DNA of 32,000 bases from Candidatus Saccharimonadota bacterium (lineage in GTDB: Bacteria; Pseudomonadota; Alphaproteobacteria; CAJXXZ01; 1604HC), in the NCBI RefSeq assembly GCF_008189285.1, contig NZ_CP043315.1, positions 150,001 through 182,000 of the forward strand. The letters run 5' to 3'. Both the position numbers and the translations under genes were made by a program. Position 1 is the first letter of the stretch, and each line of letters starts with the position of its first letter. Positions 26,060-32,000 of this stretch are shown here, piece by piece. The notes below the pieces were generated by a model. The model was given only the letters and a program-made list of their open reading frames with translations, had not been told where the DNA came from and did no database searches.

Positions 26060-28405
26060 ATGAGTGTTAAAAAGAAGTTTCTAGATTATTTTGCTAGTAA
26101 AAATCACTTAATTATTCCATCTTTTTCTTTGATTCCATTAAATGATCCAAGTTTGTTGTTGATAAATTCTGGAATGGCTCCTATGAAAAAGTTTTTTCTT
26201 GGACAGGCAAAGCCTCCAAGCTCTAGAATTGCCAATAGTCAGAAATGCATTAGGGCAGGTGGAAAGCATAATGATTTAGATGATGTTGGATATACAAAAA
26301 GGCATCATACTTTTTTTGAGATGTTGGGAAATTTTTCTTTTGGAGATTACGCGCATCAAGAAGCGATTGATATGGCATGGGATTTTTTGACAAATAATTT
26401 AAATTTACCTTGTGAGAAATTACATATCACTGTTCACCCAAGTGATAAAAAATCTTTAGAAATATGGAAGAAAACTCCTAATGTTATTCATGATAATATT
26501 GTTTTTGAAAAAGAAAATGAATGGAGTGCTGGAGAAGAAGGGCCATGTGGAGTTTGCACAGAAATTTTCTACGATCATGGAGGTCATATACCAGGAGATA
26601 TAACTCAAGGTGATAGATTTGTTGAAATATGGAATATGGTTTTCATGACTGACAATGTTTTTAATGGAGTAAAAACTAAATTAGACAAGCCATGCGTAGA
26701 TGCTGGAATGGGATTAGAGAGAATGGAAGCTCTTTGCAATGGAACAAATGATAATTATGAAGCTCCATTTTTTGCAAATATGATTAAATTGATTTCTAAA
26801 AATGATATCGACAACATTAATAATAGAATTGTAGCAGATCACAGTAGGTCAATTGTATTTATGATAGATGCTGGAGTTTCGCCTGATTCTGAGGGTGTGG
26901 GGTATGTGCTTCGTAAAATTATTAGGCGTGCTATAAGAAGATCTATTAATAATAATTCAATTGAAATATGCATAGATTATATTATAAACAATATGTCTAA
27001 TGATTACCCTTCTTTGTTAAAAAATCGAGAGAAAATAATAAAAGTATTTCATGATGAAAAAATGCAATTTTTGAATGTGTACAATCAAGGCATTTGTAAA
27101 TTAAATGATTATATCGATCAAGGTGAAATTGATGAAGAAAAAGTTTTTGAATTATATGACACACATGGATTCCCATATGATATATCCTTTGAAATTATGA
27201 AAGAAAAGGGAATTTCGTATGATTATGACAAATTTGAAAAAATGACAAAAAAACAAAAAGAATTTTCAAAATTGAAGAAATATCATGTAGAGAGCAAGAA
27301 TAGAATTACAGAATTTGTAGGGTATGATTGCGAAAAGATAGAAAGTAAAATTTTAGATATTCAGAAAAATGATAAAACATATATTTTGCTTGATAAAACT
27401 CCATTTTATGTTGAGTCTGGAGGGCAAAAAAGCGATTCTGGAATTATAGAAACTGACTCTGGTGTTTTTGAAGTTGAAGATATGCAGAAAAATGATCATG
27501 AAATATGGCATATTGGTAAAATCATTAAAGGGTCAATTGAATTAGGGCAGACTGTTACAGCAAAAGTGGACAATATAAAGAGAAAAGGGTTAAAGCAACA
27601 CCATACTGCTACGCATATCTTGATGTCGATTTTGAGAAAGAAGTTTGGAAATTCTGTGCTTCAAAAAGGATCTAGTGTTAAGGAAGATAGTCTAAGATTG
27701 GATTTTTCTATGAATGATCTTATTGATCAAGATAGTTTGAAAGAAACTACTATGGAAATTAATAGAGTTATACAAGATAATATCGAAATTTCAACCAATG
27801 TTACAGATTATGAATCTGCTGTGAAGCAAGGCGCTTTGATCACTGAGAAAAATTATCCAAATGAAGTTAGGGTTCTAAAAATAGGAGATATTTCTACTGA
27901 ATTATGTTGTGGAACTCATGTAAGATCAACTGGAGAAATTGGATTGTTTGCTATTAAAAGCCATAAAAGCGTTGCTTCTGGAATAAAAAGAATAGAGGCA
28001 ATTTGTGGTATGAGTGCTGTAAATTATTATTTATATTCAGAAAAGCAGGGCAAATTATCAAAGTCTGATGATGTAGAAAATAGCGCCAAATCTATTAATA
28101 GAAAAGAAATTAAAATTAGCAATCTTAATATATTGATTGAGCAATACAGCAATGCAAATGCAAAATATTTACTTGGTGAAAGTGATAAATATATTAAAAT
28201 GCATGATTTAGTTATTTTGACTAATGATAAAAATGCTATTTTAGTTAAAGTGGGAGATAAAATTGTTAAAGATGCTGCAGAAATATTGAGAAATATTGGC
28301 GGAAAAGGTGGAGGAAATAAAAATCTCGCCCAAGGAAAAATAGAAAAAATCAATTTTAACGACATTATTGATAAATTTATGAGTGAAAGTGAAGGAATGA
28401 TATGA
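26060..28405 (+). CDS. alaS: alanine--tRNA ligase (compact, 781 aa)
   Basis: Contains HHTFFEMLGNFSFGDY, the editing-domain motifs HHTATHIL and CCGTHV, and the C-terminal GGKGGGNKNLAQG. Confidence 0.95.
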   Translation: MSVKKKFLDYFASKNHLIIPSFSLIPLNDPSLLLINSGMAPMKKFFLGQAKPPSSRIANSQKCIRAGGKHNDLDDVGYTKRHHTFFEMLGNFSFGDYAHQEAIDMAWDFLTNNLNLPCEKLHITVHPSDKKSLEIWKKTPNVIHDNIVFEKENEWSAGEEGPCGVCTEIFYDHGGHIPGDITQGDRFVEIWNMVFMTDNVFNGVKTKLDKPCVDAGMGLERMEALCNGTNDNYEAPFFANMIKLISKNDIDNINNRIVADHSRSIVFMIDAGVSPDSEGVGYVLRKIIRRAIRRSINNNSIEICIDYIINNMSNDYPSLLKNREKIIKVFHDEKMQFLNVYNQGICKLNDYIDQGEIDEEKVFELYDTHGFPYDISFEIMKEKGISYDYDKFEKMTKKQKEFSKLKKYHVESKNRITEFVGYDCEKIESKILDIQKNDKTYILLDKTPFYVESGGQKSDSGIIETDSGVFEVEDMQKNDHEIWHIGKIIKGSIELGQTVTAKVDNIKRKGLKQHHTATHILMSILRKKFGNSVLQKGSSVKEDSLRLDFSMNDLIDQDSLKETTMEINRVIQDNIEISTNVTDYESAVKQGALITEKNYPNEVRVLKIGDISTELCCGTHVRSTGEIGLFAIKSHKSVASGIKRIEAICGMSAVNYYLYSEKQGKLSKSDDVENSAKSINRKEIKISNLNILIEQYSNANAKYLLGESDKYIKMHDLVILTNDKNAILVKVGDKIVKDAAEILRNIGGKGGGNKNLAQGKIEKINFNDIIDKFMSESEGMI

Positions 28406-28466
28406 AAATAGAGATTTATAAGTTTAATTTGTGCAAATTATGCAAAATTATGAAAAAGAGTAGTTT

Positions 28467-29000
28467 ATGATAAAAGTTGTAAATAAAACATATTTTATCA
28501 GCGAATTGCCTGAAAATAATAAATATGAAATAGCCTTTATTGGGCGTTCTAATGTAGGAAAATCATCTTTATTAAATGCAATTTTAAATCATAAAATATC
28601 TAGAGTTTCAAAAACTCCTGGATGCACAAGATGGCTTGGGTATTATCAATTTAAAGATATTTCTCTAATCGATTTGCCTGGGTATGGATATGCAGAAATG
28701 AGCAAAAAACGCATTGGGTTAATTGATACTATGATAGAAAAATATTTGCTATCTGGAAGAGTTAATGAGCTATGGGTTTTGATAGATTCAAGAAGAGGTA
28801 TCATGGAAATTGACTTAGAGATTATTAATTTTGCTAGAGAAAATAATGTAGAATTGAAAATTATTTCCACAAAGAATGATAAGAAGGATGTAAAAATTAT
28901 GGAAGCATATTTTTACACTTCTGCAAAAACAAAGCATGGAATTGATAAAATAACTGCTTATATGAATGAAATAAACTCCAATCATTCCAATCATAGATAA
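28467..29000 (+). CDS. engB: ribosome-biogenesis GTPase EngB (YihA/YsxC)
   Basis: Contains the P-loop GRSNVGKSSLLNAI, DLPGYGYA and TKNDK (NKxD-like). Confidence 0.88.
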   Translation: MIKVVNKTYFISELPENNKYEIAFIGRSNVGKSSLLNAILNHKISRVSKTPGCTRWLGYYQFKDISLIDLPGYGYAEMSKKRIGLIDTMIEKYLLSGRVNELWVLIDSRRGIMEIDLEIINFARENNVELKIISTKNDKKDVKIMEAYFYTSAKTKHGIDKITAYMNEINSNHSNHR

Positions 29001-29227
29001 TATCTGCATAATTTTGCAGAAATTTATGAAAATAGAGATTTGAAATCTATGTTTGATTTTTTTAATAGAATTTTTTAATATAGAATTGATTTAATGAATG
29101 AAATTGTGGTAATTTTTCTATTAATAATACAATGCTAAATGAGAGTTTTGCAATGCGACATTGAAAAATAATTAATTAAGTGATAATGTTTTAATAAGAA
29201 TTTTAATAAAAATAACTGGAGGATATA

Positions 29228-29410
29228 GTGGCAGTTCCAAAGAAGCGAGTATCGATACAAAAGAGAAGACTTAGACATTCTAATAGTAGAATTAGATTGC
29301 CTAATACTGTAGTTTGTTCATGTGGTAAGTACAGATTGACTCATAATGCATGTAAGCACTGTGGTATGTACAGAGGAAGACAAATTATAAAGATCAAAAC
29401 AGAGGATTGA
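29228..29410 (+). CDS. rpmF: 50S ribosomal protein L32
   Basis: MAVPKKRVSIQKRRLRHS with zinc-ribbon cysteines CSCG...CKHCG. The GTG start is preceded by GGAGG at 29218-29222. Confidence 0.92.
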   Translation: MAVPKKRVSIQKRRLRHSNSRIRLPNTVVCSCGKYRLTHNACKHCGMYRGRQIIKIKTED

Positions 29411-29416
29411 TCTGCT

Positions 29417-30394
29417 TTGAATAAAACTTTTTCTATAGATTGTATGGGAGGGGATTATGGGCCTCAAGTTGTTCTTGATGCTGCTTTTCATACACTTAAA
29501 GAGTTTAAAGATCTGAATTTAATTTTTTTCTTAGACAAAGAAAGTAAAGTAAGTCTAGATAATTTAAGGATTTTTTCAGATAGATTTGAAATCAGAAGGT
29601 GCGAGAAATTTCTCAAAGCAGATGATAGTTTGTTGTCTATGTTGAAAAATGCTAAATTTTCCACTATGAAGGCTGCATTGCAATCTGTTTCTGATAAGGA
29701 AAGTAGCGCTGTTTTTACAGTTGGTCACACAGGTCCTTATTTTATACTTGCTAAGAAGATTTTAGGGTTTATTAAAGGGGTAAATAGAATTCCTTTGGCA
29801 GTCATGATACCTTCTAGCAATGGCTCTAAAGTTTTAACTGACATTGGAGCGAATCTCGAATGCTCTGCTACTGATTTATATAAATTTGGCCTACTTGGCA
29901 AAGAATTTATCAAATCAGTTTTGAGTATTGATAATCCAGGAATCAGTTTAATTAATGTTGGTCATGAAGAAAATAAAGGAACTGAAGAATTGCGTAATTC
30001 TGCAAGTTTATTTCGTAAAAAAATTGGCAATGATTTCAAAGGATTTATTGATGCAGACAAAATTTTTACCTGTGAAGCTGATGTAATTGTTACTGATGGA
30101 TTTTCAGGTAATTGTATTTCTAAGGCATGTGAAGGAACATCTAGATTTATTATGAGCAAATTCAATAAGTATTGGATTGTAAGAAAGTTAATATCTTTAT
30201 TTTCTGATAGTGCAGATAGATATAATGGAGCTGTGTTGCTTGGAATAAATGGATTGTCTATCAAAGCTCATGGATCATCTAAAGAGCCTTCTTTGGTCAA
30301 TGCATTAAGAACTACATATAGATTTGCTTCAAAAGCAGATTTATTGATGAAAAATCTTAACTCTATTGACTTTGAATCAAATGAATTACAATAA
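29417..30394 (+). CDS. plsX: phosphate acyltransferase PlsX
   Basis: IDCMGGDYGP lies at the N-terminus, with a TDGFSGN-type motif and the conserved rpmF-plsX-fabH order. It uses a TTG start. Confidence 0.9.
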   Translation: MNKTFSIDCMGGDYGPQVVLDAAFHTLKEFKDLNLIFFLDKESKVSLDNLRIFSDRFEIRRCEKFLKADDSLLSMLKNAKFSTMKAALQSVSDKESSAVFTVGHTGPYFILAKKILGFIKGVNRIPLAVMIPSSNGSKVLTDIGANLECSATDLYKFGLLGKEFIKSVLSIDNPGISLINVGHEENKGTEELRNSASLFRKKIGNDFKGFIDADKIFTCEADVIVTDGFSGNCISKACEGTSRFIMSKFNKYWIVRKLISLFSDSADRYNGAVLLGINGLSIKAHGSSKEPSLVNALRTTYRFASKADLLMKNLNSIDFESNELQ

Positions 30395-30399
30395 ACAAC

Positions 30400-31302
30400 A
30401 TGAATGATATGATGATTTGCGATGTTGGGATGTATTTACCTAAAAAAATTTTACATAACAATGATTTGCCTGATTCTTTAGATACTAATCATGAATGGAT
30501 TCACCAAAGAACTGGTATAGAGACTAGACGAATTGCTGCTGAGAATGAAACAACTGGATTTATGGCTTACAATGCAGTGAAAGATATGAAATTTAAGAAT
30601 TTAAAAATGATTATAGTAGCAACGTCTACTCCTGATGTTGCGTTTCCTTCGTGTGCTTCTTATTTGCATCAAAAATTGAGCGAGTCTCATGGTTTGTGTA
30701 GAAATATTATGTGTTTTGATGTTCATGATGCATGTAATGGGTTTGTGCAAACAATGGATATAGCTTTGCAATATTTGAATAGCTTTGAAGAATATTCTGA
30801 GGTTTTGATAGTTGGCTCAGAAACTATGACAAAATTAATCGATTGGACAGATAGAGGCACTGCAATATTGTTTGGAGATGGGGCAGGGTCAATGTTGCTG
30901 AATAACAGTGGAAAAGTTTTATATAAATCCTCTAAGAGTATTCCAAATTATGATTCATTAAACACTAGTGGAAATAAGATAAATATGAATGGTAGAGAAG
31001 TATTTAAAACAGCCGTAAGAAGCTTTTCTGAAGATGTGAATAATGCCATGAATAATGTTGGTGAAATAGATTGGTTTGTGCCTCATCAAGCAAATTTAAG
31101 AATAATTGAATCTGTGCTTAAAAACACTAAATTGAATGAGAAATCGCTCATTTATAATGGAAATCTATATGGAAATACATCAGCAGCATCAATTCCTATA
31201 GCCTTTCATCAGGAATTTTCCAAAATGAAAAAAGGACATAAGATATTATTTAGTGCATTTGGAGCTGGATTGCGAGGAAGTAGTTTGTGTATTCAAATTT
31301 AA
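30400..31302 (+). CDS. fabH: 3-oxoacyl-ACP synthase III
   Basis: Contains HEWIHQRTGIETRR and the catalytic triad contexts DACNGF (Cys), VPHQANLRI (His) and GNTSAASIP (Asn). Confidence 0.92.
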   Translation: MNDMMICDVGMYLPKKILHNNDLPDSLDTNHEWIHQRTGIETRRIAAENETTGFMAYNAVKDMKFKNLKMIIVATSTPDVAFPSCASYLHQKLSESHGLCRNIMCFDVHDACNGFVQTMDIALQYLNSFEEYSEVLIVGSETMTKLIDWTDRGTAILFGDGAGSMLLNNSGKVLYKSSKSIPNYDSLNTSGNKINMNGREVFKTAVRSFSEDVNNAMNNVGEIDWFVPHQANLRIIESVLKNTKLNEKSLIYNGNLYGNTSAASIPIAFHQEFSKMKKGHKILFSAFGAGLRGSSLCIQI

Positions 31303-31516
31303 TCGAATTCCTAATTATTGCATTTTAATCTGATTATTTGATAGGTGTTTATGTGTTCATTGTATTATTCTTAAGTTAACTTATACATTGAAATAATAAT
31401 TTGCATGAATGCTGAAGAATAATCATGAAAGTCAAATTATTACATGAAAAGAAGAGAGAGTAGTATTTTTAGATAATTTGCAGATTATATTCTTATATAT
31501 AGATGCGACAATGTTT

Positions 31517-31545
31517 TTGACATTTAATTAGAAAGTTTTTATATG
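31517..31545 (+). promoter_or_regulatory. candidate sigma-70 promoter for the tRNA-Tyr/tRNA-Gly(/tuf) unit
   Basis: A perfect TTGACA at 31517-31522, a 17-nt spacer, then tatatg at 31540-31545 (4/6 to TATAAT). A second TTGACA at 31554-31559 lacks a good -10 at proper spacing. In AT-rich DNA, -10-like hexamers are weak evidence. Confidence 0.3.
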
Positions 31546-31603
31546 AAAAACTCTTGACAAAAATAGGGAAAAGAGGCAAATTACTATTGTTACTCTTTGT
31601 TGG

Positions 31604-31688
31604 GGAGGAATGGTCGAGTGGTTAAAGGCAGCAGGCTGTAAACCTGCCGACGGTGTCGTCTACGTAGGTTCGAATCCTACTTCCTCCA
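31604..31688 (+). tRNA. tRNA-Tyr (anticodon GTA), class II with long variable arm; CCA not encoded
   Basis: Hand-folded. The acceptor is ggaggaa/ttcctcc, the D stem gtc/ggc, the anticodon stem gcagg/cctgc with loop ct-GTA-aa, the 16-nt variable arm cgacggtgtcgtctac, and the T arm gtagg-ttcgaat-cctac. The architecture closely parallels E. coli tRNA-Tyr. Confidence 0.93.
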
Positions 31689-31695
31689 TACTTAT

Positions 31696-31767
31696 GCGGG
31701 CGTGGTTCAATGGCTAGAATGTCAGCCTTCCAAGCTGAAGACGTGGGTTCGACTCCCATCGCCCGCT
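31696..31767 (+). tRNA. tRNA-Gly (anticodon TCC); CCA not encoded
   Basis: Hand-folded. The acceptor is gcgggcg/cgcccgc, the D stem gttc/gaat, the anticodon stem tcagc/gctga with loop ct-TCC-aa, and the T arm gtggg-ttcgact-cccat. Confidence 0.92.
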
Positions 31768-31806
31768 TTTTTTACTAAGAGTACTTATTTTTTTAGGGGG
31801 TTACGA

Positions 31807-32000
31807 ATGGCTAAACAGCAATTTGAAAGAAATAAACCACATCTTAATGTAGGAACTATTGGTCACGTTGACCACGGAAAGACAACTTTAACAGCTGCAA
31901 TTACTAAAGTTTTGTCAGAAACCGGACAAGCTGAATTTAAAGGTTATAGCAATATTGATGCTGCACCTGAGGAAAAAGCTAGAGGTATTACTATTTGCAC
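31807..32000 (+). CDS. tuf: elongation factor Tu, 5' part (runs off the window)
   Basis: [35 protein letters not shown]...[15 protein letters not shown] Shine-Dalgarno-like element lies about 7 nt upstream. The tRNA-Tyr/tRNA-Gly/tuf order is conserved. Confidence 0.95.
   Translation, partial: MAKQQFERNKPHLNVGTIGHVDHGKTTLTAAITKVLSETGQAEFKGYSNIDAAPEEKARGITIC

Noticed and set aside
28027-28365. 112-aa antisense ORF in alaS, and similar antisense or shadow ORFs (583-792, 2053-2259, 2767-3024, 4458-4715, 5559-5846, 8898-9107, 15642-15905, 16244-16438, 21202-21405, 21586-21789, 24399-24599, 24430-24627, 28646-28870, 28815-29009, 29962-30264)
   Set aside because: Each is embedded in, or overlaps in another frame or strand, a gene with strong family motifs. 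Their translations are hydrophobic low-complexity strings with no recognisable domains. I treat them as shadow ORFs.
31604-31767. tRNA genes as an integration site for a genomic island
   Set aside because: No integrase, no direct repeat of the tRNA 3' end and no foreign-looking genes follow. The tRNAs are followed immediately by tuf in the conserved arrangement.
1-32000. Alternative genetic code (TGA = Trp), as in some AT-rich reduced genomes
   Set aside because: Conserved genes (alaS, gatB, rpmF) and the ThrRS N-module end at TGA at the expected protein lengths. Conserved Trp positions use TGG. No long gene is interrupted under the standard code.

Overview
This is an AT-rich bacterial chromosome segment (roughly 70% A+T by eye, not computed). 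It uses the standard code: TGA ends several well-conserved genes and Trp is TGG. Nearly all genes are housekeeping. On the + strand: gltX, glyA, ileS, trxB, lspA, thrS, infC, gatCAB, alaS, engB, rpmF-plsX-fabH, tRNA-Tyr, tRNA-Gly and the 5' end of tuf. On the - strand: birA, alr, rpsF/rpsR, a family-4 uracil-DNA glycosylase, an A-type Fe-S carrier and a beta-barrel outer-membrane protein. The gene order suggests a reduced, probably host-associated proteobacterium, plausibly alphaproteobacterial or Rickettsiales-like. The evidence is rpsF next to rpsR with no priB/ssb between them, gatCAB, thrS-infC, rpmF-plsX-fabH and tRNA-Tyr/tRNA-Gly/tuf. This placement is inference only. I saw no transposase, integrase, phage gene, CRISPR array or recognisable defence or toxin module. 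The unusual content is remodelling of the translation machinery plus genome-erosion signatures. (1) Ribosomal proteins S6 and S18 are encoded as a single fused ORF. (2) A stand-alone copy of the ThrRS N-terminal TGS + editing module lies directly upstream of a full-length thrS whose own editing-site motifs look degenerate. (3) A decayed second copy of the thrS 3' end / infC 5' end lies about 2.7 kb downstream of the original junction. (4) A 4 x 36-bp iteron-like tandem array lies upstream of glyA, and many smaller intergenic tandem duplications occur elsewhere. (5) A coiled-coil-like gene is split into three frames at two T6 runs. (6) Several long gene-free spacers (0.66, 1.4 and 1.2 kb) make up roughly 15% of the window. 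Conserved operons are eroded: there is no rplI after rpsR, no rpmI-rplT after infC, and lspA is unlinked from ileS.
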